Assembly (NCBI GenBank): GCA_022561055.1
Contig: JADFRY010000003.1
Location: forward strand, 35,357-99,356
Direction: 5' to 3'
Length of the DNA stretch: 64,000 bases
Origin: Nanobdellota archaeon
GTDB lineage: Archaea > Nanobdellota > Nanobdellia > Pacearchaeales > GW2011-AR1
Part shown: positions 24,479-33,990 of the stretch, in pieces
How the letters are laid out: each line of letters opens with the position of its first letter
Numbering within the stretch: the first letter of the stretch is position 1
Notes under the pieces: model-generated
Database searches by the model: none
Seen by the model: only the letters and a program-made list of their open reading frames with translations
Told to the model about the DNA's origin: nothing
Program-made: the position numbers and the translations under genes

Positions 24479-25395
24479 TGAATGCAGAAAAAGAAATTAC
24501 GAGAGAAAGGACCGTGCCTGAAGAGAAAATTGAATTAGTCAAAGAACTGACAGAGAAAATTAAGAAATACAGAACTGTGCTAATTGCTTCTTCTAAAGGT
24601 CTTCCTGGTCAGCAGTTTCATGAAATCAAGAAAAAATTAAGAGATAAAGCAGAGATTAAAGTTGTAAAAAATCGTATAATAAGCAGAGCTATTGACCAAA
24701 TAGAAAGAGGTTATATTAAAAATTTAAAGAAAGAATTAGGACCAGATATTGTTATTTTCTTTTCAGAGTTAGACCCTTTTGATTTAGCAGGATTGTTAGA
24801 TGATAATCAAAGCCCTAGTAAAGCACGTGCCGGAGATATTGCTCCCGATTATATTGAAATTGAGCCAGGCCCGACAGAACTCATGCCTGGACCGGCAATT
24901 TCTGAGTTGTCTGGAGTTGGTTTGAAAGTTGCTGTTAAAGAAGGTAAATTGGAGATTATGAAAGGAGCAATTGTTACAAAAAAAGGAGAAATAATTAATG
25001 CTAATGTTGCCAATGTGCTTACAAAATTAAATATTAAGCCAATGAAAGTTGGTTTTGTGCCGTTGGCAGCATATGATTCTAAAGAAGATAAGATTTATAT
25101 TGGAATAAAAATTGATAAAGAAGGAACCTTAGAAGAATTAAAAGAGTTAATTAAAAAGGCTTTGGGATTTGCAGTTAATGTAGAATATCTGACTGATAAA
25201 ACAATTAGTTACTTTATTGCAAAGGCCGCGAGTGAAGAGAAGATACTAGGTAACTTGATTGAAGTTGAAAAGAAAGAAATAACTAAAGAGAAAAAGGATG
25301 AAAAGGAAGAGATAAAGGAAAAACTAAAAGAAGATTTAAATAAGGATGACAAACAAGAGGAAGATTTAAATAATAAAGATAAAACAGAAAAATAG
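24475..25395 (+). CDS. rpl10: Ribosomal protein L10 / P0 (uL10)
   Basis: PEEKIELVKELTEKIKKYRTVLIASSKGLPGQQFHEIKKKLR. ATGA overlap with rpl1. Confidence 0.9.
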   Translation: MMNAEKEITRERTVPEEKIELVKELTEKIKKYRTVLIASSKGLPGQQFHEIKKKLRDKAEIKVVKNRIISRAIDQIERGYIKNLKKELGPDIVIFFSELDPFDLAGLLDDNQSPSKARAGDIAPDYIEIEPGPTELMPGPAISELSGVGLKVAVKEGKLEIMKGAIVTKKGEIINANVANVLTKLNIKPMKVGFVPLAAYDSKEDKIYIGIKIDKEGTLEELKELIKKALGFAVNVEYLTDKTISYFIAKAASEEKILGNLIEVEKKEITKEKKDEKEEIKEKLKEDLNKDDKQEEDLNNKDKTEK

Positions 25396-25409
25396 GAGAC
25401 AATGGATAA

Positions 25410-25613
25410 ATGATTAATCATGGATTTAAATTAAGCACGGAACAATTACATAAGTTAGATGTAAGGTATGGTGGGCTCTTTGATACTTATACGGCTGCCT
25501 TGAGATTGGGATTTATAAATCAAGCAAGAAAGATTGCACGAACATTAGATGGATTAAGTTGTGTTGCCCAGAATTTGGCATATGATGATAACAGATTGGG
25601 GGAATCAAACTGA
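25410..25613 (+). CDS. Hypothetical 67-aa protein inserted between rpl10 and rpl12
   Basis: SD GGAG upstream. Its stop overlaps the rpl12 ATG (TGATG). Composition (R/G/L/A) differs from the K/E/I/N-rich neighbours. Confidence 0.5.
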   Translation: MINHGFKLSTEQLHKLDVRYGGLFDTYTAALRLGFINQARKIARTLDGLSCVAQNLAYDDNRLGESN

Positions 25614-25915
25614 TGGAATATATTTATGGCGCTTTGTTGTTGCATAAAATTGGTCAGCCTGTAAACGAAGAGAATTTGAAGAAAGTTATAGAAGCAACTG
25701 GTGCGCAAGTAGATGAATCAAAAGTAAAGACATTAATTGCTAGTTTAAAGGGCGTTGATATCGGAGCTGAGTTGGAAAATGCGAGTGTTGCTATGAGTGC
25801 GCCTGCAGCCGTTGCTGGTACAAGTGATACTGAAGACAAAGCAAAAGCTGAAGAAGAAAAAGAAGAAAAGAAAGAATCTGAATCTGCAGCTGGCCTCGCG
25901 TCTTTGTTTGGTTAG
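25613..25915 (+). CDS. rpl12: Ribosomal stalk protein L12 / P1
   Basis: MEYIYGALLLH..., Ala-rich hinge, acidic tail ending GLASLFG. Confidence 0.9.
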   Translation: MEYIYGALLLHKIGQPVNEENLKKVIEATGAQVDESKVKTLIASLKGVDIGAELENASVAMSAPAAVAGTSDTEDKAKAEEEKEEKKESESAAGLASLFG

Positions 25916-25929
25916 ACATAATTTTATTT

Positions 25930-26397
25930 TTAATTTTCAACTTTGCTTTCTAAATCATTCTGTCTATTTGATTGTCGAATTGCAGAAACATGTATATTAA
26001 CTGCTGCAGTTCCAACAATAAGTGGCAAAACTTGTGCGGCAAAAGGATTTTCTGTTCCTAAAGCGAAATGCAATGCTAAAAAACCACCATTCATGACACT
26101 AATGTTTAATGCATTAGCCCAAAACCTAAAATGTTTGGTTTTTTTTAATCGGTCAAAAAAAACAGGGTATGCAAAATTTACAAGTATTCCTGTTGGAACA
26201 GCCATATTGATAAATCCCTCTCCAAATCCATGATAAACATTATCATTATGGACACCTTCTAAGATACTTCCTCGGTATTGGTAATTTGCTGCTGCGTTTC
26301 CAATTCCAGCTAGTGTTCCATACATAGCAGTGTAAATAATATCCCACATTACATAGTCATATGCTTTCTTTAGAAAATTGGCGCCTTTCCTTAACAT
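25930..26397 (-). CDS. Hypothetical membrane protein
   Basis: 155 aa with several hydrophobic segments. No motif recognised. Confidence 0.45.
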   Translation of the reverse strand: MLRKGANFLKKAYDYVMWDIIYTAMYGTLAGIGNAAANYQYRGSILEGVHNDNVYHGFGEGFINMAVPTGILVNFAYPVFFDRLKKTKHFRFWANALNISVMNGGFLALHFALGTENPFAAQVLPLIVGTAAVNIHVSAIRQSNRQNDLESKVEN

Positions 26398-26514
26398 GTG
26401 TGTTAGAGGATTAAATTCCTATTTAAATATTTATATTAAAAAGGTTCGGAATGTCCAAAACCTTAAAAGTAATGTTAATTGTATAATTTAACCCTCATCG
26501 AAGGATTTCAACAT

Positions 26515-26596
26515 GCCCGGATGGCACAATGGTACTGCGCTCGCCTTGAGAGCGAGTTTCTGAAAGGATCTCCCGGTTCGATTCCGGGTCCGGGCG
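26515..26596 (+). tRNA. tRNA-Ser (anticodon UGA), class II with long variable arm
   Basis: GCCCGGA acceptor. CTCGC-CTTGAGA-GCGAG anticodon arm. Variable arm TTCT-GAA-AGGA. T arm CCCGG-TTCGATT-CCGGG. TCCGGGC-G 3' end. CCA not encoded. Confidence 0.85.
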
Positions 26597-26702
26597 TTTA
26601 TTTTCTGAATCTAAGTGTATTACCGGTTAGATTACTTCAAAATATACTTGTTTTGAAGGATCCGAGAATCTTTGATTCTCGTGAGCCGGGTCCGGGCGTT
26701 TT
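26584..26702 (+). repeat. Direct repeat of the tRNA-Ser 3' end (CCGGGTCCGGGCGTTT), copies start 102 nt apart
   Basis: Copies at 26584-26599 and 26686-26701. The second is preceded by a degenerate copy of the variable-arm segment (TTTTGAAGGATC vs TTTCTGAAAGGATC) and by two perfect 8-bp hairpins. Confidence 0.7.
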
Positions 26703-26780
26703 AGTAAAGTTCAACATAATTATCTTTCACTAACATAATAATTATATATCTGTTTTATTCTGTAGATTATATAAGGACAA

Positions 26781-28280
26781 ATGAGAAAAAAAGAGTTTTT
26801 TGAACATATGAATGATTTGCATGTTGCTATGACATTTGATGATGTTAGATTAAAGACAAGTTATTCTGAAATAATGCCCGATCACGTATCTACTGAAACA
26901 AAATTTTCTAAAAATGTTCCTTTAAAAATTCCAATTGTGAGTGCTGCTATGGATACTGTTACAGAACATGAGCTTGCCATTGAACTCGCTAAACTGGGTG
27001 GGATTGGTATTATTCATAGAAATTTAAATCCAGAAGAGCAAGCATTTCAAGTAGCTAGAGTTAAAAATCATCTTAATGGTTTAATTGAAAATCCTATTTG
27101 TGTTAATGAAGAAGAATCTATAAATGATATTCTTGAAAAAAGAAATAGGAAAGGTTATGGGTTTCATACATTTCCTGTGTTAGATAAAGAAGGAAAATTA
27201 ATAGGAATTTTAACTGAGAATGATTTTGATCTTTGTGATAACTTTTCTCTTCCTGCAAAAGAAGTTATGACAGCACAACTAATAACTTCTCCACTAGGAA
27301 CTACACTAGAAGAAGCATATAATATTATGACAAAAACAAAAAAGAAGGTATTACCGTTAGTTAATAATGATGAAAAAATATCTGGAATGTATGTTTTTAG
27401 TGATGTTAAAAGAATTAAGTCGGAAAGTTCCCAAAAATATAATATCGATGCAAGGGGACAATTAAGAGTTGGTGCAGCAATTGGCACAGGAGAAGACACC
27501 CTTAATAGAGTTAAAAAACTTGTAAAAGAAAATATTGATGTTGTTGTTATCGATACCGCTCACGGAGATTCTAAACCAGTTATAGAAACATTAAAAATGA
27601 TAAAAGAAAAATACCCAAGTTTAGATGTAGTTACTGGAAACGTTTCTGAACCAGATTCGGTGAGGAGATTAATTGAAGCAGGATCAGACGGGGTTAAGAT
27701 TGGACAAGGTCCTGGCTCAATTTGCACAACAAGAGTTATTGCTGGTGTTGGATGCCCACAAGTAACGGCAATTTATAATTGTTCTCTTGTTGCAGATGAA
27801 TATGGCATACCGATATGTGCAGATGGGGGTTTACGATTTTCTGGTGATATTACTATTGCAATTGGAGCGGGAGCACATTGCATTATGTTAGGTAGTATGC
27901 TTGCTGGAATAGAAGAATCTCCTGGAGAAATTGTGTTCTGGGAAGGGCGCCAATGGAAAAATTATCGTGGCATGGGCTCAATTGGCGCTATGCAAGAACA
28001 TAAAGGTTCACGAGAGAGATATGGGCAAAAAGATGCTGGTAAAGAAGAACTCATACCAGAGGGTGTCGAAGGACTTGTTCCGTATAAAGGTAAATTAAAA
28101 GATGTTATTTTCCAATATGTCGGTGGATTAAAAAACGGCATGGGTTATGTTGGAGCTTCAACAATTAATGAATTAAGGGAAAAAGCTGATTTTATGAGAC
28201 TCTCGGTGCCTGGTCAAGCTGAATCCCATCCTCATCATGTTAAGATAACTAAAGAATCTCCTAATTATTCAGGGGCCTAA
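26781..28280 (+). CDS. guaB: IMP dehydrogenase with CBS pair
   Basis: LTFDDV-like MTFDDVRL, GGIGIIHRN, catalytic loop GIGPGSICTTR, GGLRFSGD. Confidence 0.95.
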   Translation: MRKKEFFEHMNDLHVAMTFDDVRLKTSYSEIMPDHVSTETKFSKNVPLKIPIVSAAMDTVTEHELAIELAKLGGIGIIHRNLNPEEQAFQVARVKNHLNGLIENPICVNEEESINDILEKRNRKGYGFHTFPVLDKEGKLIGILTENDFDLCDNFSLPAKEVMTAQLITSPLGTTLEEAYNIMTKTKKKVLPLVNNDEKISGMYVFSDVKRIKSESSQKYNIDARGQLRVGAAIGTGEDTLNRVKKLVKENIDVVVIDTAHGDSKPVIETLKMIKEKYPSLDVVTGNVSEPDSVRRLIEAGSDGVKIGQGPGSICTTRVIAGVGCPQVTAIYNCSLVADEYGIPICADGGLRFSGDITIAIGAGAHCIMLGSMLAGIEESPGEIVFWEGRQWKNYRGMGSIGAMQEHKGSRERYGQKDAGKEELIPEGVEGLVPYKGKLKDVIFQYVGGLKNGMGYVGASTINELREKADFMRLSVPGQAESHPHHVKITKESPNYSGA

Positions 28281-28290
28281 AATGATATAA

Positions 28291-29598
28291 ATGGTTAAAA
28301 AAAAGATAGCTTTGATTGGTTTACAGTGTGGTGATGAAGGAAAGGGGGTAAGAATAGCTCATTATGCTAGGAAAGCACTCAGTAAATCTGATATGGCTTC
28401 TAGTGATGGGTTTCCTGTCTTAGTACAGCGTTGGCAGGGGGGTGCAAATGCTGGCCATACTATCGTTATCGATGGTGAAAAATTCAAATTACATCAAATA
28501 CCTTCTGGAATTTTTTTTCCTAAAACATATAATCTTTTGGGTGAAGGTGTTTTATTTAACCCAAAAACCGGAATGGAAGAAATTCAAGAATTGCAAAATA
28601 GAGGAGTCGAAATCTCTCCGAAGAATTTTGGTATTGCATCTAACGCCCATGTTACATTGCAATATCATGTTGATGACGATTTACCAGATCTTAAAAAAGA
28701 AAACCATGTTTCAACAGGAAGCGGGATAAGACAAACAGCTGTTGATAAATACGGCCGGATAGGCCTTCGTTTTGAAGAATTCTTAAATCGGGATACTTTC
28801 ATTAGAATCTTAAAAGAAAAAAGATTTTCTGAGATAATGCCTACTAGCTTTGGCAGTATAGAGCAATTTGTTGACTCTTACGCAGAAGCAATGAAATTTC
28901 TTGCACTATTCTCTGTTCTTCAGAGTGATATGCTTAGAAGACACGGTACACACTATTGGATAGGAGAAGGAGCTCAAGGATTTAGGTTAGACATTGATAA
29001 AGGACTTTACCCAGGAGTTACTTCTTCAAATCCTTCGATAGTTCCTTTTAGAGCTGATTTGATACTTGGTGTAATAAAACTATATGAAAGCAGTGTAGGG
29101 CATGACAGGCCATTCGTATCTCAGATGGATCCGAGGCTTGAGGAAATTTTACGTGAAAAATTTGGTGAAAGAGGAACAACAACAGGAAAACCCAGAGACT
29201 TAGGATGGCTCGATGCAGTTTATATTAAACATGCAATTGAAAGTGCTGATGTTGATTATCTCATTGGAACTTGTGGAGATAGATTAAATTGTCTTGCACA
29301 AATGGGTGAAAAGATTAAAATTGTAACTGGTTATAATATTAATGGACAAGTATATAATAGATGGGACAAATCCTTTCATAATAGAGATGTACTATATGAT
29401 GCTAATCCTATCTTTGAAGAATATGAACCCTGGGATAAATTTGTTGACGAAAATGGAAAACTAACTCCAAATGCACAAAAATACATAGATAGAATACAAG
29501 AACTTTTAGGTAGAGAATTTATTCTTTTTGGAACAGGTGAAGGAGAAAAAGATGTTGTTGAACTTAAAGATGCATTTGAATTAGCTTCTGTGAATTAA
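28291..29598 (+). CDS. purA: Adenylosuccinate synthetase
   Basis: GLQCGDEGKGV (P-loop), GGANAGHTIV, TTTGKPRDLGWLD. Confidence 0.9.
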   Translation: MVKKKIALIGLQCGDEGKGVRIAHYARKALSKSDMASSDGFPVLVQRWQGGANAGHTIVIDGEKFKLHQIPSGIFFPKTYNLLGEGVLFNPKTGMEEIQELQNRGVEISPKNFGIASNAHVTLQYHVDDDLPDLKKENHVSTGSGIRQTAVDKYGRIGLRFEEFLNRDTFIRILKEKRFSEIMPTSFGSIEQFVDSYAEAMKFLALFSVLQSDMLRRHGTHYWIGEGAQGFRLDIDKGLYPGVTSSNPSIVPFRADLILGVIKLYESSVGHDRPFVSQMDPRLEEILREKFGERGTTTGKPRDLGWLDAVYIKHAIESADVDYLIGTCGDRLNCLAQMGEKIKIVTGYNINGQVYNRWDKSFHNRDVLYDANPIFEEYEPWDKFVDENGKLTPNAQKYIDRIQELLGREFILFGTGEGEKDVVELKDAFELASVN

Positions 29599-29599
29599 A

Positions 29600-29875
29600 C
29601 TATCCAATCCACTTATTCCAGAAATGTCTTTTCTTTAATTTGATATTTTCAATTTTTGGCTCGATGATTTCATACTTAATTATTGGTTTGGTTTTCAAAA
29701 CCGGCGCTTCTCTTGCCATTTCTTGTTCTGTCCGTTTAAATGCCTTATCTATTTCAATTCTTGAATGTCCTTGGTTAACTAAAGCCCATCTTAAAGACTC
29801 TTTAGTGTAGCCCTTCTTTAAATTTTTCCTGATATAATTAACTACTTGACCTAAATAATCTACAGTTTTTCTCAT
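29600..29875 (-). CDS. Hypothetical 91-aa protein
   Basis: ORF only. Small helical N-domain GYTKESLRWALVNQGHSRIEIDKAF. Confidence 0.4.
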   Translation of the reverse strand: MRKTVDYLGQVVNYIRKNLKKGYTKESLRWALVNQGHSRIEIDKAFKRTEQEMAREAPVLKTKPIIKYEIIEPKIENIKLKKRHFWNKWIG

Positions 29876-29936
29876 TGTAATTCCTATATACAGATATATA
29901 AAAATTATTCTATGCTAGCAAAGTTTGGCAGTTTGA

Positions 29937-30968
29937 TTATTCTGGTGAGAACATATCAGAGAGAGTTCTTTCTTTATAAGCTCTTAAGAACAAAATTAAA
30001 TAAGATAATATTAGCGGTCCTAAGAGAATTCCAAGTATGCCGAAAACAAATAATCCGCCAATCATTCCGACTAATACAATTACTGGAGATATGCCTGTTT
30101 TTCTTGCAACTATGTAAGGTCTGAGTATATTGTCAATAGAAGAAACTAAAATTGCACTATAAAGTGTAAATCCTATCGCTGCTCCTGCGCCTCCTGTTGC
30201 AAATAAAAAGATTGCTGCCGGCACCCATATAAGCCATGGACCAATCATCGGGATAATAGATGCAAATATTGCAAAAATTGTCAAAAGAATTGCTTTGGGC
30301 ACTCCAAATATCAAAAGACCGATTCCTGTTACAATACCTTGTATTATACCTATCACAACATATCCAAAAACGATAGAGGATGTTATTTCTTTAAATTGTT
30401 TAACAAGAATTTTTTCTTTTTCTTTTTTAAATGGAGATATTCCAGAAACAAATTCTGCTAGCTTTTCATGGTCCCTTAATGTAAAGAAAAAAACAAAAAT
30501 AATAACTGCTAAATGCAATAAGACAGTCGGGAGTTCTAGCAAGAAACCCACTAAGGCGTTAAGAGAAGCAGAAGTTATTTTTCCTATGAAATTTATTGCT
30601 ACCGAGGTTATCTCTTTCTGGAATTGCTCTGAAGCTGCTGGAAAGATCTTATTAACAAAACCAACAATATCAATTGTTTGGGTAAAAGTAAACATGTCAA
30701 ATGCTTGTTGTATTACTAAAGGTATTAAAAACCATGCAGGGATGAATAAAATAAGCAATACCAAGATGGATACTGCTAAAGCCGAGGTGTTCTTTTCCTT
30801 CAAAACTGAGTAAATTCTTTTATACACCGGGATAAACGCGTAAGCGAGAATTAAGCCGGTGGTTATAGAAAGCAAGATTGGTCTTAAGACTAAGAAAGAT
30901 AGTACGACTAAGAGTGATATTAGGGCAAGGACAGAAAGTCTTCTTATTTCTCTATTCGTTATAGACAT
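29937..30968 (-). CDS. AI-2E family transporter (PerM/UPF0118)
   Basis: Polytopic, 343 aa. C-terminal signature DNILRPYIVARKTGISPVIVLVGMIGGLFVFGILGILLGP. Confidence 0.8.
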   Translation of the reverse strand: MSITNREIRRLSVLALISLLVVLSFLVLRPILLSITTGLILAYAFIPVYKRIYSVLKEKNTSALAVSILVLLILFIPAWFLIPLVIQQAFDMFTFTQTIDIVGFVNKIFPAASEQFQKEITSVAINFIGKITSASLNALVGFLLELPTVLLHLAVIIFVFFFTLRDHEKLAEFVSGISPFKKEKEKILVKQFKEITSSIVFGYVVIGIIQGIVTGIGLLIFGVPKAILLTIFAIFASIIPMIGPWLIWVPAAIFLFATGGAGAAIGFTLYSAILVSSIDNILRPYIVARKTGISPVIVLVGMIGGLFVFGILGILLGPLILSYLILFLRAYKERTLSDMFSPE

Positions 30969-31122
30969 GTTATGATATAATTTTTAAATTTATAAAGATT
31001 CCTTAGAATCTCCATCTTTTCAATTTTCTTAAGTAATCTGAAGTTATAAATGTTGGGTGAGACGATTGCGGAACTAAATATTATAGGTCAAGTTTTATAA
31101 AGCATCATTATTTTTTTAGAAG

Positions 31123-31779
31123 ATGGAATCTTTTATAAAGAAAATTTTTCGTGGTGAGAGCGATGAAGAAGTTCATAAATATTTTGTAAGATTTGGAAAA
31201 GGAGATTATAAGAGAAGATTCTTAATTAGTTTGAATAAGGTGGGAAAAATAAAATTGAGAGCAAGTTTTGAATTAGCTAATGACTTTGTAAATTTTGTTA
31301 AAGAGAATAAAGATGTAAAGTTTTCTGGAAAGATCTTAACAAAAGAAAAAGTTCCTGGTAAAGAAGGAAGAAAAAAGTCTGGTTATTTTGTGTATGAAAT
31401 ATCAGAAAGTTCAATAGAAAAATTTGAAGATGCTTATTTTTATTTATTAAATGTTGAGGATCCCGATATTGTTTTGAAGATAAAGAAAAAATTGCCGAGG
31501 CCTGGGAAAAAAGCTGATAAAATTGATGATAAATTTTGTTCTTTGGATTTGGATAAAAAATACTGGCCTATGGTTAAAGATGCTTTTTTCTGGGATGTTC
31601 CTGAGAATGTTAAGAAAGTTTCAATAGAGCATGAGTTAATAATTGATGATATAATTTTTCCTGAAGATGTTGATAATCCTGTTAAGATAAGAGAGCTTGC
31701 AAAGAGAAAAGGCAAAATTATCAGGATGACTATTGTTGACGGAAAAGAAAAATCTGAAGAGAAGGAGTTTGTTATTTGA
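31123..31779 (+). CDS. Hypothetical 218-aa soluble protein
   Basis: ORF with a TATA-like box 26 nt upstream (AAGTTTTATAAAGC, 31090-31103). No motif recognised. Confidence 0.45.
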   Translation: MESFIKKIFRGESDEEVHKYFVRFGKGDYKRRFLISLNKVGKIKLRASFELANDFVNFVKENKDVKFSGKILTKEKVPGKEGRKKSGYFVYEISESSIEKFEDAYFYLLNVEDPDIVLKIKKKLPRPGKKADKIDDKFCSLDLDKKYWPMVKDAFFWDVPENVKKVSIEHELIIDDIIFPEDVDNPVKIRELAKRKGKIIRMTIVDGKEKSEEKEFVI

Positions 31780-31805
31780 TTATATAAATCCTATAAAACC
31801 CTTCC

Positions 31806-32135
31806 TCACTCTAAAAAATCCTTCAACTTTTTCATTAATATTCTAACTAGTTCAGGATCGTTCTTAATGTAAATATCTGGGATATTAAGAACAACTATCT
31901 TCTTATCTTGTGATGTATTGGGAAAATTTTGGATTATATATTGTTTATGAATATCCTCCATGCAGAAAATAATGTCCGCCCATAATATTGCTTCTTTTGT
32001 TATTGGCTTGGCTGCAAGAGGGTGAATTCCGCATGATTTTGCTAGATATTGTTTATTATTCTTGAAAAGCCCCTCAGCTGTTGGGCTTCTTTGTTCATTA
32101 GCGGTGCATATAAATAAGAAATTCTTCTTTTTCAT
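31806..32135 (-). CDS. Low-molecular-weight phosphatase family protein (second copy in window)
   Basis: FLFICTANEQRSP (CX5R-S) and NIPDIY. I prefer the start at MKKKNF (32135). The ORF-track start at 32174 is possible. Confidence 0.7.
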   Translation of the reverse strand: MKKKNFLFICTANEQRSPTAEGLFKNNKQYLAKSCGIHPLAAKPITKEAILWADIIFCMEDIHKQYIIQNFPNTSQDKKIVVLNIPDIYIKNDPELVRILMKKLKDFLE

Positions 32136-32267
32136 GAGTTTATTAAATTCGAGAGGATAAAAACCTTCCCACAAGCTTTAAATACCTGAAATTTTTCTCG
32201 ATAGTGTTAAGGCGTGGAACATAATTGAGTATAAAATGGTAGAGTTGCACCAGTTTAAGATGATAAT

Positions 32268-33209
32268 ATGCCTAAGAGATCAAGACCAAGATATGGAAGT
32301 TTACAATTTTGGCCTCGGAAAAGAGCAAGCAAGGCCATACATAGTGTTAACTGGAAACCTATAATTGAGAATAAACTTGATTCTGAAGGACTGCTTGGGT
32401 TTATTGCCTATAAAGTTGGTATGTGTTCTGCAATTGTGAAAGACAATACACAGCATTCTATGACAAAGGGAAAAAAGATAGCAATACCAACGACAACTCT
32501 TGAAGTTCCAAATATGAAAATTTATTCTGTTAGGTTTTATAAAAGTGGTATAGTTATTGGAGAGATTGTTGTAAGTAATGACAAAGTTTTAAAGAGAAAA
32601 GTGAGAGTTCCTAAAGAAGCTAAGAAATTAGAGCATATTGAGGGATTTGATGATATTAGAGTAATTGTTTATTCTGTTTTGAAAGGTATGTTTAAGAAAA
32701 GTCCTGATATTATTGAAGTTGCTATTAATTCCAATGATAAATTGGGTTTTATCAAACAGTGGGTCGGTAAAGAAATTGGCTTGAATGATATATTGAAATG
32801 GGATTTGGTTGATGTTCGTGGCTTAACTAAAGGAAAAGGATTTTCTGGACCAGTTAAAAGATTTGGAATAAAATTAAAACCTCACAAGTCAGAAAAAGGA
32901 GTTAGAAGGCCAGGAAGTCTTGGTCCTTGGCATCCAGCGCGTGTTAGTTTTAGAGTTCCAATGGCTGGGCAGTTGGGAATGTTCTCAAGAATACATTATA
33001 ATTTGAAAGTTATTGATTTTGGAAATGTGAAAGAAAAAAATATCAATAAAAAAGGCGGCTTTAAACATTATGGAGTAATTAAAAATAATTACGTTATTCT
33101 TGCAGGAAGCGTGCAAGGTCCTTCAAAAAGACAGATATTGATTACTCCTGCTATGCGCCCTACTAAAAAACAAATTAAAAAGAAATATGAACTTTTGGAG
33201 TTGAGATGA
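32268..33209 (+). CDS. rpl3: Ribosomal protein L3 (uL3)
   Basis: MPKRSRPRYGSLQFWPRKRA... and its position as first gene of the cluster. Confidence 0.95.
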   Translation: MPKRSRPRYGSLQFWPRKRASKAIHSVNWKPIIENKLDSEGLLGFIAYKVGMCSAIVKDNTQHSMTKGKKIAIPTTTLEVPNMKIYSVRFYKSGIVIGEIVVSNDKVLKRKVRVPKEAKKLEHIEGFDDIRVIVYSVLKGMFKKSPDIIEVAINSNDKLGFIKQWVGKEIGLNDILKWDLVDVRGLTKGKGFSGPVKRFGIKLKPHKSEKGVRRPGSLGPWHPARVSFRVPMAGQLGMFSRIHYNLKVIDFGNVKEKNINKKGGFKHYGVIKNNYVILAGSVQGPSKRQILITPAMRPTKKQIKKKYELLELR

Positions 33210-33210
33210 A

Positions 33211-33990
33211 ATGGTAAAAACAATACTATATGACATAAAAGGTAAGAAGAAAGGAAATGTAGAGCTACCTAATATTTTTGCGAGCAAAATTAGAGAAGAT
33301 ATTGTTGCTAAGTATCTTGAAGTTAGTAAATTTATTCAACCATATGCAACTGATCCTGAAGCTGGAAAAAAACATTCAGCATCTGGAACTATAAGTCACA
33401 AAAGGCACGATTGGAAAGGACATTATGGCAGAGGAATATCAAGAATCCCGAGAAAAACAATGTGGAGACGTGGTACGCAATTTATGTGGATTGGTGCGGA
33501 AGTTTCTAGTACTCGCGGAGGTAGAAGATCGCATCCTCCAAAAGGCATAGGAAAAGAAAAAAAGATTAACAAAAAAGAAATTAAACTCGCCATGAATTCG
33601 GCTTTTGCTGCGACAGCCGATGATAAGTATATTTTAAAAAGATATGACAGCATTAATAAACTGAATATTAAAGTTCCTATTGTTATAGAATCTGGTTTGG
33701 ATGAAGCTAAGACAAAAGACATTTTGAGCATGTTAAAAAATATTTTAGGAGAATTTAATTCTATAATTTTTAAAAATAAGAAAATTAGGGCAGGAAGAGG
33801 AAAATCACGAGGAAGGAAATACAAAAGCAATGCTGGTCTTTTGTTAGTTAAAGGAAAAGATGAAAAAATAAAAATGAGCAGGGTTGATATAAAATCTATA
33901 AATGAGATTTCTATTTTAGACTTATATCCTCTGGGCAGATTGACTGTTTATACTGAAAAAGCTTTAGAGGAATTAGGAGATAAAAAATGA
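33211..33990 (+). CDS. rpl4: Ribosomal protein L4 (uL4)
   Basis: HKRHDWKGHYGRGISRIPRK; cluster order. Confidence 0.95.
   Translation: MVKTILYDIKGKKKGNVELPNIFASKIREDIVAKYLEVSKFIQPYATDPEAGKKHSASGTISHKRHDWKGHYGRGISRIPRKTMWRRGTQFMWIGAEVSSTRGGRRSHPPKGIGKEKKINKKEIKLAMNSAFAATADDKYILKRYDSINKLNIKVPIVIESGLDEAKTKDILSMLKNILGEFNSIIFKNKKIRAGRGKSRGRKYKSNAGLLLVKGKDEKIKMSRVDIKSINEISILDLYPLGRLTVYTEKALEELGDKK

Noticed and set aside
26479-26733. 84-aa ORF
   Set aside because: It spans tRNA-Ser and its duplicated 3' end, and the track start is non-ATG. The RNA gene explains the region.
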